A DNA stretch of 64,000 nucleotides from the NCBI GenBank assembly GCA_040220235.1, contig JAVJTO010000004.1, one strand, 5' to 3'. Within the stretch, counting starts at the first letter, position 1; every line of letters begins with the position of its first letter. Under the pieces are notes generated by a model. It searched no databases. It was not told the DNA's origin and saw nothing but the letters and a program-made list of their open reading frames with translations. The stretch comes from Coleofasciculus sp. B1-GNL1-01 (lineage in GTDB: Bacteria > Cyanobacteriota > Cyanobacteriia > Cyanobacteriales > Coleofasciculaceae). Of the stretch, positions 17,563-29,504 are shown in pieces. Position numbers and translations under genes: made by a program.

Positions 17563-20270
17563 TGAGCTATGGTTCTATTATTAATAAACTTCCCTTACGG
17601 ATAGTTCTTATTGTACCCTTTGTACTGCAAATTCTTGGTGCAGTAGGATTGGTGGGTTATTTGTCTTTTAAAAATGGACAAAAATCAGTGAACAATTTAG
17701 CGAATCAATTAATGGAAAAAAGCAATGATCATATTAAAGACAATATTTCCGATCACTTAAGCTTACCTCATAAAATTAATGAAGCCAATAAAACATTGCT
17801 AAACTTAAAAACTTTCGATTTAGAAAATACTCAAAAAATAGAGCAATATTTTTTACGACAATTACAAATTTTTGACAATGTTACCAGTATAGTATTTGGC
17901 AGCCAAGCCAAAGATTTTATTGGAGTAGAATTACGAAATAATGAACAATTAGTAGTGATGAAGTCAAATCCTGCTACTAATTATAACTTACATACCTATG
18001 AGGTGAATAAAAGAGGAGAATACATCCAAAAAATCAGTATTAGTAAAGATTATAACCCAACAATTAGACCTTGGTATACAAAACCAGTAGAAGCAAAAGC
18101 CGAAGTTTGGAGTGATATTTTTCCTCAATTAGATACAAAAGGGTTAACCTTAGCAGCCGTACAACCCGTTTATGATACTCAGGGCAATATTCAAGGCGTT
18201 ATTAATAGTAGTTTTTATTTGACGGCTATTAGTAATTTTTTACAACAATTAAAAATTGGCAAGACGGGTCAGAGTTTTATTATTGATGAATCAGGCTATT
18301 TGGTTGCCACCTCTACTTTAGAACAGTTAGCAAAAGCTCAAAATGATCAACTAGAAAGAGTATTGGCTATTAATAGTCAAGATACAATCACTCAAGAAAC
18401 TGCTTTATATATCTCAAATAGGTTATTAAATGACAATCCCACGATCAATGGTTTAATTGTTAAAACTATAGTTATTAACAACCAAAAATATTTCCTACAA
18501 GTCAGTCCTTATCGAGATGAATTTGGATTGAACTGGTTTGTCGTAGTCGTGGTCGCTGAGTCGGATTTCTTAAAAGAAATCAATGCGAGTAAACGTCAAA
18601 CAATTTTTCTTTGTATCTTAGCCTTAATCTTGGCAACCGTGATTGGATTTATTTCTACACTTTGGGTAACCAAACCGATCATTCAACTCAACCAAAGCTC
18701 CCAAAAAATTGCTCAAGGAGAATTTAATCAAACGGTCACGATTAACCGAGAAGATGAACTCGGTCAATTGGCACATTCGTTTAATAAAATGGCGTCTCAA
18801 TTACAAGATTATTTTCAAACCTTGGAAGAAAACGAAAATCGGTTAAGACAATTCCTGGAAGCTATACCTGTAGGAGTTGCCGTTCATGAAACTAATGGTC
18901 AGATATGTTATTTGAACCAGACGGGACAAAAATTATTAGGAATTTCCTCTCATTTAGAAGCCAAAAAAGAGGAACTCAGTCAAGCGTATAAAATTTATCA
19001 AGCCAATACCAATCAACTGTACCCGATAGACGCTCTACCTATTGTTAATGCATTACAAGGAAAAACGGTTTATCTTGATGATTTAGAACTCCATCAACCC
19101 GATAGAATCCTCCCCTTAGAAATTTACACAACACCTATTTTCGATGAACAGGGTAAAATTATTTATGCGATTGCTGCCTTTCAAGACATTACCAAGCGTA
19201 AACAAGCCGAGAAGCTTCTAGCCGACTATAATCGCACCTTAGAAACTCAGGTTACTGAACGAACCCAGGAACTCGCCCAAGCCCTCGAAGAACTCAAAAC
19301 CACTCAATATGAACTAATCCAAAAAGAAAAAATGGCAGCTTTAGGACAACTTATTGCAGGCGTTGCCCATGAAATTAATACTCCTCTCGGAGCCATTCGT
19401 TCCTCTGCCGGAAATATTGCCAAATTCCTAGACCAAACCCTAAATCACTTACCCACACTGTTTCAATCCCTCTCTACAGAAGACGCCGCTATTTTCCTGG
19501 CTTTACTACAACGCTCACTACAACACCAATCAATTTTCTCTACGAAAGAAGAGCGGAAATTTAAGAGAGCCTTAAGACGGGAACTGGAAAACTTGGATAT
19601 TGCTGATGCCGATATTATTGCCGAGAGGCTGGTGATTATGGGGATTGCTGACGAGATTGTACCCTTCATCCCTCTGCTAAAAAGACCGGACAGTTTGCAA
19701 ATCTTAGAACTCGCCTATAAACTTTCCGAACTCAAACGAGGTACCGCTACCATTAATACCTCCACAGAACGAGCCGCGAAAGTGGTATTTGCGCTGAAAA
19801 CCTATTCTCGTTATGACCAGTCGGGAGAAAAGATAATAGTCAACCTGACTGAGGGGATTGAAACCGTTTTAACTCTCTATCACAATCAACTCAAACAAGG
19901 GGTTAAAGTGATCCGAAACTATGCCGAAATTCCACCTGTACCCTGTTATCCCGATGAACTGAATCAGGTGTGGATAAATTTGATCCATAATGCTTTACAA
20001 GCGATGAATAACCGGGGAACCTTAACCATTGATGTCACGCCAGAGAACCAGCAAGTGAAGATTAGCATTATCGATAGTGGTTGTGGCATACCCGAAGAAA
20101 TCCAAGGAAAAATATTTGAGCCATTTTTCACAACTAAACCGGCTGGAGAAGGGAGTGGCTTAGGACTGGATATTGTCAAAAAAATCATTGAAAAACATTT
20201 GGGTAACATAACTGTAGAAAGTCAACCTGGTCGAACGAAATTTAGTGTTTGTATTCCTCTTGAATTCTAG
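17562..20270 (+). CDS. Membrane sensor histidine kinase (TM-Cache-TM-HAMP-PAS-HisKA-HATPase)
   Basis: Two TM helices, RPWY Cache motif, DELGQLAHSFNKM HAMP, PAS/PAC, AHEINTPL. Confidence 0.92.
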   Translation: MSYGSIINKLPLRIVLIVPFVLQILGAVGLVGYLSFKNGQKSVNNLANQLMEKSNDHIKDNISDHLSLPHKINEANKTLLNLKTFDLENTQKIEQYFLRQLQIFDNVTSIVFGSQAKDFIGVELRNNEQLVVMKSNPATNYNLHTYEVNKRGEYIQKISISKDYNPTIRPWYTKPVEAKAEVWSDIFPQLDTKGLTLAAVQPVYDTQGNIQGVINSSFYLTAISNFLQQLKIGKTGQSFIIDESGYLVATSTLEQLAKAQNDQLERVLAINSQDTITQETALYISNRLLNDNPTINGLIVKTIVINNQKYFLQVSPYRDEFGLNWFVVVVVAESDFLKEINASKRQTIFLCILALILATVIGFISTLWVTKPIIQLNQSSQKIAQGEFNQTVTINREDELGQLAHSFNKMASQLQDYFQTLEENENRLRQFLEAIPVGVAVHETNGQICYLNQTGQKLLGISSHLEAKKEELSQAYKIYQANTNQLYPIDALPIVNALQGKTVYLDDLELHQPDRILPLEIYTTPIFDEQGKIIYAIAAFQDITKRKQAEKLLADYNRTLETQVTERTQELAQALEELKTTQYELIQKEKMAALGQLIAGVAHEINTPLGAIRSSAGNIAKFLDQTLNHLPTLFQSLSTEDAAIFLALLQRSLQHQSIFSTKEERKFKRALRRELENLDIADADIIAERLVIMGIADEIVPFIPLLKRPDSLQILELAYKLSELKRGTATINTSTERAAKVVFALKTYSRYDQSGEKIIVNLTEGIETVLTLYHNQLKQGVKVIRNYAEIPPVPCYPDELNQVWINLIHNALQAMNNRGTLTIDVTPENQQVKISIIDSGCGIPEEIQGKIFEPFFTTKPAGEGSGLGLDIVKKIIEKHLGNITVESQPGRTKFSVCIPLEF

Positions 20271-20531
20271 CGGTAAGACTGAATTCTCTATAGAAATAAG
20301 GTTAGACATGAAACCCCATTAGTTTATGTGTTTATAACGATAAATATATTTTATACCAAGCACGCTTATACTAGAATATTAACCCTATAATAGTCAACTA
20401 AGTAGTCGGACAAAAGCAAATAATATTGTATTAGTTTTTGTAAATAGTCCTCAACCCCTTACCAAGGAAAAAGGACATAGCTTGCTTCTCGATGAAAGCG
20501 AGTATGACCAATAACAAACGATTAATGACAA

Positions 20532-22244
20532 ATGATAAACAAAAAACCAGTCATTATCTGTGTTGATGATGAAGCCAATATACTCAAAAGCCTCAGGACA
20601 GAACTTCAAGAGGCGATAAGTAACGAGTATCTGATTGAAATTGCTGAAGGTGGAGAAGAAGCATTAGAGTTAATTGAAGAATTGTTAGAGGATGGTTATG
20701 AAGTTCCTTTAATTATTTCCGACCATATTATGCCAGATATGAAGGGAGATGAGTTATTAAAGCACGTTCATGTCCTTTCTCCCAAAACCCTCAAAATTAT
20801 GCTGACTGGACAAGCTGATTTAGAAGCCGTGGGACGGGCAATTAAGTATGCAAAATTATATCGTTATATTGCCAAACCTTGGGAAACGGAAGACCTAAAA
20901 TTAACAGTTGTAGAAGCCGTAAATAGTTATCTTCAAGATAAACAACTCGCTCAAAAAAATATCGAACTCCAGCGTTTGAATCAGGAGTTAGCTGAATCGG
21001 TTAAGTTACTCAGTGCTAGTGAACGCAAATTTCGGGCAATTTTTAATCATACCTTTCAGTTTACTGGAATGCTCTCGGTTGAGGGCATTCTCTTAGAAAC
21101 TAATCAAACCGCCTTAGATTTTAGCGGATTGCAGTTAGAAGACGTGGTGGGAAAACCATTCTGGGACTGTTACTGGTGGACAGTTTCCCCCGAAACCCAA
21201 GCTCAGGTCAAAGGGTCATTTGAAAAAGCGGTTGGCGGTGAATTTATCCGCTATGAAATCGATATCTTGGGCGCTGACAAACGTACTGCGACGATTGATT
21301 TCTCAATGAAGCCAATTTTTAATGACAGCGGTATCGTTGAATATCTAATTGTTGAAGGTCGAGATATTAGCGATGTCTATCGGGAACTGCACTTACGCCA
21401 AAAAGTTGAAGCGGAACTGATTCAACTCAACGAAGCTTTATCCCGCTTTGTCCCCCGTCAATTTCTCCAGCTTTTAGAGAAAGACAGTATTATTGATATC
21501 CAATTAGGCGATGAAGTGGAGCAGGAGATGTCGGTTTTATTTTCCGATATCCGCGACTTTACCACCCTGTCGGAAACGATGACGCCTGAGGAGAATTTTA
21601 AGTTTATTAACGCTTATCTCTCCCAGATGGAACCCGCGATTATTGAGCATCAGGGATTTATTGATAAATACATGGGGGATGGGATTATGGCGTTATTTAG
21701 TGGCAGTGCTGATCATGCCCTCCACGCTGGAATTTCTATGTTACAACGGTTAGCTAAGTATAATCAAAATCGGGTGAAGTCGGGATATCTACCCTTGGAA
21801 ATTGGCATCGGCATAAACACGGGTTCTTTAATGCTAGGGACGGTTGGTGGACGACACCGGATGGATAGTACGGTCATTAGTGATCATGTCAATTTAGCCT
21901 CCCGGCTGGAAAATCTAACCAAAAAGTATGGCGTATGCCTGTTAATGACCCATTACACATTTGCACGTTTACAAAACCCCACCGAGTATCATATTCGTTT
22001 TATTGAGCAGGTAAAAGTCAAGGGAAAATCAAAAGCTGTGGCAGTTTTTGAAGTCTTTGACAGCGATGAGCCTCAGATCAAACAGAGTAAGTTAGTGACG
22101 AAGACAATGTTTGAACAGGGAGTGTTTTTGTACTATCAGCAACAAATACAACAAGCGGCTCAACACTTTGCTGAAGTGGTGAAGATTAATCCAACCGATA
22201 CCGTTGCTCAACTCTATCTGATGCGCTGTCAGTCTGATCAGTAG
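20532..22244 (+). CDS. Receiver-PAS-class III adenylate/guanylate cyclase
   Basis: REC N-terminus, PAS, VLFSDIRDFT, DKYMGDGIM, TVISDHVNLASRLE; K and T specificity residues suggest an adenylate cyclase. Confidence 0.92.
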   Translation: MINKKPVIICVDDEANILKSLRTELQEAISNEYLIEIAEGGEEALELIEELLEDGYEVPLIISDHIMPDMKGDELLKHVHVLSPKTLKIMLTGQADLEAVGRAIKYAKLYRYIAKPWETEDLKLTVVEAVNSYLQDKQLAQKNIELQRLNQELAESVKLLSASERKFRAIFNHTFQFTGMLSVEGILLETNQTALDFSGLQLEDVVGKPFWDCYWWTVSPETQAQVKGSFEKAVGGEFIRYEIDILGADKRTATIDFSMKPIFNDSGIVEYLIVEGRDISDVYRELHLRQKVEAELIQLNEALSRFVPRQFLQLLEKDSIIDIQLGDEVEQEMSVLFSDIRDFTTLSETMTPEENFKFINAYLSQMEPAIIEHQGFIDKYMGDGIMALFSGSADHALHAGISMLQRLAKYNQNRVKSGYLPLEIGIGINTGSLMLGTVGGRHRMDSTVISDHVNLASRLENLTKKYGVCLLMTHYTFARLQNPTEYHIRFIEQVKVKGKSKAVAVFEVFDSDEPQIKQSKLVTKTMFEQGVFLYYQQQIQQAAQHFAEVVKINPTDTVAQLYLMRCQSDQ

Positions 22245-22388
22245 GGGCTTTTGTTGTCCCCTTTGAGATGGGTCTATTCATGTTATCCCTAAATCTGCCC
22301 CTACATCTAGGTTGGGATCAGGGCGGGTTTTGTTGTGCAGTTTGAGGTTGGTCAATTCATTTTATCCCTAAACCCGCCCCTACATCTG
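22242..22388. repeat. Two tandem REP-like units of about 79 bp ending TATCCCTAAA.C.GCCCCTACATCT
   Basis: Direct repeat read in sequence, between convergent genes. Confidence 0.7.
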
Positions 22389-22480
22389 ATGTCTTTTTTG
22401 ATCAAGGGATTTCTACTTTAATGTCTTCTCCCAGACGTGCCATGGCACATCTCTACATGGTTCCCCCATCCCTTACTACC

Positions 22481-24460
22481 CTAACGCCCCAATCTTTCCC
22501 TGGCTTTCTCACGCAAGTCGGCAGCTTTTTCATGATCCGGTTCCAGTTGCAGGGCTTTATCCAGAGACGGAATCGCTTCCGTGGTGCGCCCTAATGCCAT
22601 CAGCGCTTCACCGCGAGTTGCCCAAGCATCGGCGGAGTTCCGTTCCAGTTCAATCGCCTGATCTAACGCTTGAACCGCCTCAGCGGAACGTCCCACCCCT
22701 TGCAGTGCTATGCCATAGCGAATCCAGCCTCGGGCAAAATCGGGATAGTATTTCGTTACCCGTCCATACAGTTGCAGGGCGTCGATGATCTGGTTTTGTT
22801 GCCGTAGGGCATCGGCTTTGCTGACTAAGGCGTCGGCATAATCGGATTGGTACGCGAGGGCGTCATTACAGGCGACTAGGGCTTGTTCGGGTTGTCCCAG
22901 TTGATTGAGGCTGTAGCACCGTCCCCAATAAGCAGGGGCGAAGTCGGATTGCAGTTCGATCGCCTGATCATAAACTAGGATCGCTTTCTCGTATTCTCCG
23001 GCTTGTCTTAAGTCTTCGGCTTCAGCGAGTAAGGATTCAGCCGTGGGTTCGGGGGTTGGGGAGGGAGAAGGAGAAGGAGAAGGAGTTGGGCTAGGGCTTT
23101 CAGCGGGGACATCCTCAATTTGAGACTGATGATTCAATTGAGAGGGGAGTAGAATCAGGGTGACGGTAACCGTCGAACTAACCACGATCGCGATCGTGGC
23201 AATTGTCCAGGGCTGCATCAACCATTGCCGAAATCCGTGGCTTCTACTGGCTGTTGACACCGTTGCGGTGGGTTCAAAGTCCTGAGGTTGACTTAGGGAT
23301 ACGGTAGCATCAGTCCGCCCCGGGGTGGGCTGAGAGGTTTGGGTGCGTCCGGTGTCTTGGGTTTGACTCGAGGATGATTCGCTATTCGACTCCTCGACTT
23401 CAATCAGCGTCGATTCCGTTGGTGTCGCCTCCCACGCCTGAGTCTCGGCGGAATCAGCGGCTAAATTTTGACTCTCCTGATCCGTCGGCGCTTGGGGATC
23501 AACCAGGGGCGGCAATTCACACTCAGGGACTAACGGTTGGGGCGGTGACGCCGACTCCAATAATGGCGCGGGTAAATTCTGGAAGGCTAACAGGGTTTCT
23601 TCTGCGGTTGCATAGCGATCGCGAAAGTCATAGCGCACCATCTTATCCAAAATTTCCCCAAATTCTGGACTAATCTGCTTAGCATATTTGCGCCAGTTGA
23701 GTTCACCCGTATCGGAGTCTTCTTTAATATGTTTGGGATGAATTCCCGTTAATAATTGAATCCCAATAATCCCCACCGCATAAACATCACTACTATAGCG
23801 AGGTTTTCCTGCCAGTTGTTCATTGGGCATATATCCCTTAGTGCCGATAGAAATCGTCACATTGGTCAGCCCTGTTTCCGGATTCAGCGACTCACATCTA
23901 ACCTGTTTCACCGCCCCAAAATCAATCAGCACAATTCTGCCATCAGCGGCGCGGCGAATCAAATTGGCTGGCTTGATATCCCGGTGGATCACATTTTGTT
24001 GATGGACAAATGTTAGTACCTGCAATATATCTTGCAGGAGGGATAGAACTTTTTCCTGTGACCACGTCAGATGAGAGTCTATCTCTTTACTTAAAGGTTG
24101 TCCTTGAATATATTCCTGAGCCAGATAAAATTCCTGATTTTCCTCAAAATGAGCCAAAAGCCGGGGAATCTGCTCATGATTACCCAGTCGATAGAGGACT
24201 TGAGCTTCCGTTTGGAAGAGGCGTCTCGCTGTTTGCAGCCCCTCCTCATCATCATCGCTCACTTGAGGTTTTAATTTTTTAACCACGCATTGGGGATGAC
24301 CGGGCAAATGCATATCCCGCGCTAAGAAGGTTTGACCAAACCCTCCGACCCCTAGCTTTTCGATAACGTGATAGCGCCCGCCTAGAGGTTTATTGTCCCA
24401 AGCGTCTTGAGAACCCGACACCATCGTTTTTGTCAGCGCCCCTGTTGAATTTTTCTTCAT
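22481..24460 (-). CDS. Membrane Ser/Thr protein kinase with C-terminal TPRs
   Basis: LGVGGFG, VVKKL, HRDIKPAN, DFGAVK, one TM, PS-rich linker, TPRs; start uncertain (24460 or 24424). Confidence 0.92.
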   Translation of the reverse strand: MKKNSTGALTKTMVSGSQDAWDNKPLGGRYHVIEKLGVGGFGQTFLARDMHLPGHPQCVVKKLKPQVSDDDEEGLQTARRLFQTEAQVLYRLGNHEQIPRLLAHFEENQEFYLAQEYIQGQPLSKEIDSHLTWSQEKVLSLLQDILQVLTFVHQQNVIHRDIKPANLIRRAADGRIVLIDFGAVKQVRCESLNPETGLTNVTISIGTKGYMPNEQLAGKPRYSSDVYAVGIIGIQLLTGIHPKHIKEDSDTGELNWRKYAKQISPEFGEILDKMVRYDFRDRYATAEETLLAFQNLPAPLLESASPPQPLVPECELPPLVDPQAPTDQESQNLAADSAETQAWEATPTESTLIEVEESNSESSSSQTQDTGRTQTSQPTPGRTDATVSLSQPQDFEPTATVSTASRSHGFRQWLMQPWTIATIAIVVSSTVTVTLILLPSQLNHQSQIEDVPAESPSPTPSPSPSPSPTPEPTAESLLAEAEDLRQAGEYEKAILVYDQAIELQSDFAPAYWGRCYSLNQLGQPEQALVACNDALAYQSDYADALVSKADALRQQNQIIDALQLYGRVTKYYPDFARGWIRYGIALQGVGRSAEAVQALDQAIELERNSADAWATRGEALMALGRTTEAIPSLDKALQLEPDHEKAADLREKARERLGR

Positions 24461-25015
24461 CACTAGACACGTCCAGAAATTACACGTCAACCCACGATTC
24501 AAAGGGTCTTTGACTAATTTTTAGACAAGTCTAATTAACCATCGCATTGAAAACAGCACCCCACTAACTTGTCTTATTCTTTCTCTGGCAATCCACCCTG
24601 AGTTCATTGTTTATTTTTTCCAAGATAGTCGCTAATTCACCGACAGGAAGTTTACCGACGAATCAGTTATTCTTGTTTCTTTTCAAAAATAACCTTGACC
24701 GATAACTGTCGTTCGATCAGTTTGAGGTCTTTTAACTCTGGCTTACCCGACACGTTTCTGGAAACACTGCACCTTAGAGTCGGCTCACCTGACTCCAGGG
24801 AACCAGATGCCTACCATGTTAATTATAGAGGCGATACTCACTCTCTAACAAAAAAGCGCTTAAAATGAGGACATTCAAGTGTAAATTGACCAACGGCGCA
24901 AAGAAGCTGAACCTCTGATGACCAAAGACTTTTGTCTGTTTTGTCTAGTCATCAACGCTGAGGTGTAATTGAATTATTTGCTCTACTGTTCGCATTTGGG
25001 GCATCATTTTTATCT

Positions 25016-26611
25016 ATGGCACGGAAAAATCAGCGAATCAACCGTCGCCGCTTTCTGGTTACCTCAGCCTTAACCAGTAGCGGATTGATCACCGCTAACC
25101 TATTATCGAAATCAGGATTAGCCCAGAGTACAGCACCGGGAATTGTCACTTCAGAGAAAATGCGTCCGCAAATCCCTTATGGGGTGGCTAGTGGCGACGT
25201 GAGTCGTGATCAGGCGATTATTTGGAGCAAGAGCGATCGCGTCAGCCGGATGATTGTAGACTATGATACCAGCGAATCCTTCCGCAATCCACAACGGGCG
25301 ATCGGACCGGCGGCATTAGAAAGTAGTGATTACACTGCCCGACTCTATCTGACCAATCTACCACCCGGTCAACAGATTTTCTATCGCGTCACCTTTCAGG
25401 ATTTAGCCGACTTAAATCGCTACAGCGCCCCCGTCACTGGTACATTCCGCACCGCGCCTATCGACAAACGCGATATCTTTTTTATTTGGTCAGGTGACAC
25501 GGCGGGTCAAGGTTGGGGAATTAATCCTGACTGGGGCGGAATGAAAATCTATGAAACCATGCGACAGTTAAATCCCGACTTTTTCATCCATTCGGGGGAT
25601 TACGTTTATGCCGATAACCCTATTGTTGCTCAGGTGCAACTGGATGACGGTAGCATCTGGAAGAATATCACTACCCCAGAAAAGTCTAAAGTCGCCGAAA
25701 CGCTCCAAGAATTTCGCGCCAATTATGTTTATAATCTCCTAGATGAAAATATCCGCCGCTTCAATGCTCAAGTTCCCCAGTTCGTGCAATGGGATGACCA
25801 TGAAACCACGAATAATTGGTATCCGGGGGAACAACTTTTAGAGGATGACCGCTATACGGTTAAAAGTGTCTCATTGTTAGCAGCCAGGGCAAAGCGGGCG
25901 TTTTTGGATTATACTCCGATTGATGTTAACCATACCCATCCCGAACGGATTTATCGGTCGTTTCAGTATAGTCCATCCCTGGATATTTTTATCCTGGACA
26001 TGCGAAGCTACCGAGGACCGAATACCGCCAATCGTCAGACTGAACCTAGTGAAGAAACAGCGTTTTTAGGGACAGAACAGATTAGTTGGTTAAAACAACA
26101 GTTACGCAATTCCTCAGCCACCTGGAAAGTCATTGCCAGTGATATGCCGATTGGACTGATGGTTCCCGATGGAGAAACCAAGTTTGAGAATGCGGCGAAT
26201 GGGGATGGTCCTCCCTTAGGACGGGAGTTTGAACTGGCAGATTTACTCCGATTTATCCAGCAAAATGAGATTAAAAATGTCGTGTGGTTAACCGCCGATG
26301 TTCATTATGCGGCGGCACATTATTATGATCCGAATCAGGCTCAGTTTACGGAGTTTAATCCCTTCTGGGAATTTGTCGCTGGACCCCTGAACGCGGGAAC
26401 CTTTGAACGGAAGCTACTGGATAATACATTTGGTCCCCAAGTTAAGTTTCAAAGTGTCTCATTCGACTTAGAACCCAATCGTCCGCCCAGTGAGGGATTA
26501 CAGTTTTTTGGCACAGTAAACATTGAGGGGAAGAGTGAGGTGATGACGGTGGCGCTGCATAATCTTGAGGGCAAAACCCTCTACAGCGTTGATTTGATAC
26601 CAGAAATTTAA
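25016..26611 (+). CDS. phoD: Alkaline phosphatase D with Tat signal peptide
   Basis: RRRFL Tat motif, GVASGD, HSGDYVYAD, WDDHE, LTADVH. Confidence 0.92.
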   Translation: MARKNQRINRRRFLVTSALTSSGLITANLLSKSGLAQSTAPGIVTSEKMRPQIPYGVASGDVSRDQAIIWSKSDRVSRMIVDYDTSESFRNPQRAIGPAALESSDYTARLYLTNLPPGQQIFYRVTFQDLADLNRYSAPVTGTFRTAPIDKRDIFFIWSGDTAGQGWGINPDWGGMKIYETMRQLNPDFFIHSGDYVYADNPIVAQVQLDDGSIWKNITTPEKSKVAETLQEFRANYVYNLLDENIRRFNAQVPQFVQWDDHETTNNWYPGEQLLEDDRYTVKSVSLLAARAKRAFLDYTPIDVNHTHPERIYRSFQYSPSLDIFILDMRSYRGPNTANRQTEPSEETAFLGTEQISWLKQQLRNSSATWKVIASDMPIGLMVPDGETKFENAANGDGPPLGREFELADLLRFIQQNEIKNVVWLTADVHYAAAHYYDPNQAQFTEFNPFWEFVAGPLNAGTFERKLLDNTFGPQVKFQSVSFDLEPNRPPSEGLQFFGTVNIEGKSEVMTVALHNLEGKTLYSVDLIPEI

Positions 26612-26616
26612 CAGAC

Positions 26617-26649
26617 AGATCCCCGACTTCTTGGAGAAGTCGGGGATCT
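26617..26649. repeat. Perfect 15-bp inverted repeat AGATCCCCGACTTCT-TGG-AGAAGTCGGGGATCT (REP-like; possible bidirectional terminator)
   Basis: Read directly between convergent phoD and hemA. Confidence 0.8.
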
Positions 26650-26729
26650 TGCTTAAGGCTATACTTCAAAAAAAAGAGAGGGAGGATACTCACTCAGCAT
26701 CACCCTCCTACTCTCTTCATCTCCCACGC

Positions 26730-28016
26730 TTAACCAAACTGTTCTTCAATCTCTAAATTAAACAGCGTTTGCAGCGTCTGCATGGCTTGACGTCTGGCTT
26801 CAATATCCTGCTGCGCCCTTAACTGCACCATCGGATCATGGAGGATTTTATTGACAATTCCCCGTGTCAACGCTTCGATGATTTCTTGATGTTTATCGGC
26901 AAACTCTGAACCTAAACGAGATAAGGCTTTTTCTAATTCCTGTTCCCGGATACCTTCGACTTTCTCCCGCAGACTACTAATAGTACTCACGGTTTCTAGC
27001 GATCGCCACCAAATCTCAAACGCTTCTACCTCTTGTTCCAGTAAGTTTTCCGCTTCCATTGCCATCTGACGGCGGCTTTCGGTATTTTGCGCCACTACTG
27101 CTTTTAAGTCGTCCACATTAAAGGCTTGAACCTGTTCAAGTTCATTGACATCAGCATCCACATTACGCGGTACGGAAATATCAAATAGCATTAAGGAGCG
27201 ATTGGGATCAAGATGGTCTTCCAGTTTAGCCCGATCCAGAATCGGTTCTGTCGCACTGGTACTGGTAAACACCATATCCGACTCCGGAATCACCTCCATC
27301 ATCTCAGACAAGGGATGTACCGTTATCTGAGCATTCTCAAACTGCTTTGCCAACTCCTCAGCCCGACGAGTTGAGCGATTGATAATGGCGATTGACTCAG
27401 CCCCTTTGGAAAGCAGGTGTTGCACCAGCAAACGCGACATCTTCCCCGCCCCGATAATCGCCACTCGGTAAGCCGCCAAGTTTTGCACTTCCATCTGGGC
27501 AAGTTCCACCGCCGCTGAACTAATCGAAACCGCCCCGGTACCAATGCTGGTTTCCGTGCGGACTCGCTTTCCGGCGGTAATCCCTTGTTTAAACAGTCGA
27601 TTCAACAGGCGTCCAATTCCCTTGTATTGCTGACCGATTTTGTGGGTATGCTTGACTTGCGATAAGATTTGTCCTTCACCTAGGACTAGACTGTCCAGTC
27701 CCGCTGCGACGCGCATCAGATGCATCACCGCATCTTGATGTAACAAAATAAACAAATGGGGGCGTAATTGATGCAAGGGGACAAGAGAGTTATCAGAAAG
27801 GAATTGACTGACTTCACGCACACCCTTTTCCGTTTCTGCTGCCACAATATAAATTTCTAGGCGATTGCAGGTACTAAGGATCGCCACTTCTTCAACATGG
27901 GGGTAGCTACAGAGTTGTTGCACCGCCCCTTCTATTTGGGCTTCGGGAATGCTTAGTTTTTCCCGGACTTCAACGGGCGCTGTTTTGTGGCTTAAACCTA
28001 CGACGGCAATATTCAT
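26730..28016 (-). CDS. hemA: Glutamyl-tRNA reductase
   Basis: [41 protein letters not shown]. Confidence 0.96.
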   Translation of the reverse strand: MNIAVVGLSHKTAPVEVREKLSIPEAQIEGAVQQLCSYPHVEEVAILSTCNRLEIYIVAAETEKGVREVSQFLSDNSLVPLHQLRPHLFILLHQDAVMHLMRVAAGLDSLVLGEGQILSQVKHTHKIGQQYKGIGRLLNRLFKQGITAGKRVRTETSIGTGAVSISSAAVELAQMEVQNLAAYRVAIIGAGKMSRLLVQHLLSKGAESIAIINRSTRRAEELAKQFENAQITVHPLSEMMEVIPESDMVFTSTSATEPILDRAKLEDHLDPNRSLMLFDISVPRNVDADVNELEQVQAFNVDDLKAVVAQNTESRRQMAMEAENLLEQEVEAFEIWWRSLETVSTISSLREKVEGIREQELEKALSRLGSEFADKHQEIIEALTRGIVNKILHDPMVQLRAQQDIEARRQAMQTLQTLFNLEIEEQFG

Positions 28017-28311
28017 TGTGTTCTCCAAATCTCTGTCGTTGGGTTGGGTCAACTATCAGGCTTGTTTTTTTTAAAGATAAAGAAAATTGAGAAATTTTTC
28101 TGAATGGGATGAACAATTGGGCATGAGTTCACAGATTCAGAGATGAAATTTTTTACCGGGGGAAAATCGATTTGCCCGTTAATCAACACTAAGCCAGAGT
28201 AAGTAGCATTATCATTGCTTATACTCTGGCTTTAACGCTTTTTTCTCCTCTCGATGACTATAATTCGAGACGGAGAAATCCTGCAACAAACAATGGATAA
28301 ATTTACAGTAC

Positions 28312-29352
28312 TTATCGTAGTTGCAGGGTCTTGGGCTGATCAAACAGATGGACAGTATCCACAAATCGAGCCGTCTTGGACTGGGTAGAAATAACCAGAC
28401 TTTGAGTCCGCGCTCCCCCATGGAAGAGTCGTACCCCTTCCATCAAGGTACCCGGCGTAATCCCACAAGCGGCAAATAGCACGGTGTCACCTGAGGCTAG
28501 CTCATGAGTATTGTAGACCTTATCAGGGTCGTTAATGCCCATTTCTTGGAGCCGCTCTAGGTTCCCCTCTTTGCTTTCACCAATCAAACCCGTTTGTACG
28601 GTTGCTGGGTCATAAATTAGCTGACCTTGGAAATGTCCTCCTAAACAGCGCATCGCCGCAGCAGAGATAACGCCTTCGGGTGCAGCACCAATACCCATCA
28701 GAGCATGGATATTTGTCCCTGAAAAGGCACAAGAGAGAGCCGCAGAGACATCTCCGTCACTAATTAGCCGAACTCTCGCGCCAGCCGAGCGGATTTCCTC
28801 AATCAGTCCCTTGTGGCGATCGCGCTTCATGACCACGACCACAAGTTCCTCAATTGCCCGATCCAGACATTCCGAGAGAATTTGCAGGTTCTCTGTTGCC
28901 GATTTATTGATATCGACATGATTTTTAGCCGCAGGAGGCGCCGCTAGCTTTTTCATGTAAAAGTCAGGTGCCGCAAACAGCCCTCCCTTCTCAGAAATGG
29001 CTAGCACCGCCATTGAACCGGGTTGCCCATAAGCCACCAAGTTCGTCCCTTCACAAGGGTCAACGGCAATATCGACTTCAATCAGTTCATCGGGATTACA
29101 AAAGTTCTTCGCATCCGGCTGGTTACAGATGCCCACTTGTTCACCGATATACAGCATCGGGGCTTCATCTCGCTCCCCTTCTCCAATCACGATGCGACCT
29201 CGCATGTGAATGTTGTTCATCCGCTCCCGCATGGCTTCGACTGCCACATGGTCTGCCTCGTTTTTATCACCTTTGCCCATCCATTTGGCAGAGGCAAGTG
29301 CTGCCTGTTCGACAACTTCAATAATTTCTAGTCCTAGCGTAGTTTCTAGCAC
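28312..29352 (-). CDS. glpX: Bifunctional fructose-1,6-/sedoheptulose-1,7-bisphosphatase (class II)
   Basis: [31 protein letters not shown]; the usual cyanobacterial glpX-hemA order. Confidence 0.96.
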   Translation of the reverse strand: MLETTLGLEIIEVVEQAALASAKWMGKGDKNEADHVAVEAMRERMNNIHMRGRIVIGEGERDEAPMLYIGEQVGICNQPDAKNFCNPDELIEVDIAVDPCEGTNLVAYGQPGSMAVLAISEKGGLFAAPDFYMKKLAAPPAAKNHVDINKSATENLQILSECLDRAIEELVVVVMKRDRHKGLIEEIRSAGARVRLISDGDVSAALSCAFSGTNIHALMGIGAAPEGVISAAAMRCLGGHFQGQLIYDPATVQTGLIGESKEGNLERLQEMGINDPDKVYNTHELASGDTVLFAACGITPGTLMEGVRLFHGGARTQSLVISTQSKTARFVDTVHLFDQPKTLQLR

Positions 29353-29504
29353 GAAGCTTTTCCTCTCAACTGCTTAGTTTTTCCCTGGTGTTATTTACTG
29401 TCCCCAGTCTAAAAGTCTATCAGAGACGGGGATCTCCTCGAAAGAATGTCGAGTATTGGTTTATGTTAAGTTTTGCTACGATTAGGTGTTTCAGACGTAG
29501 CACG

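Noticed and set aside
22242..22388. Mini CRISPR array
   Set aside because: Only two units, and the intervening sequences resemble each other; fits a REP-like duplication
24520..25015. Pho box upstream of phoD
   Set aside because: I could not find convincing 11-bp-periodic PyTTAAPyPy repeats
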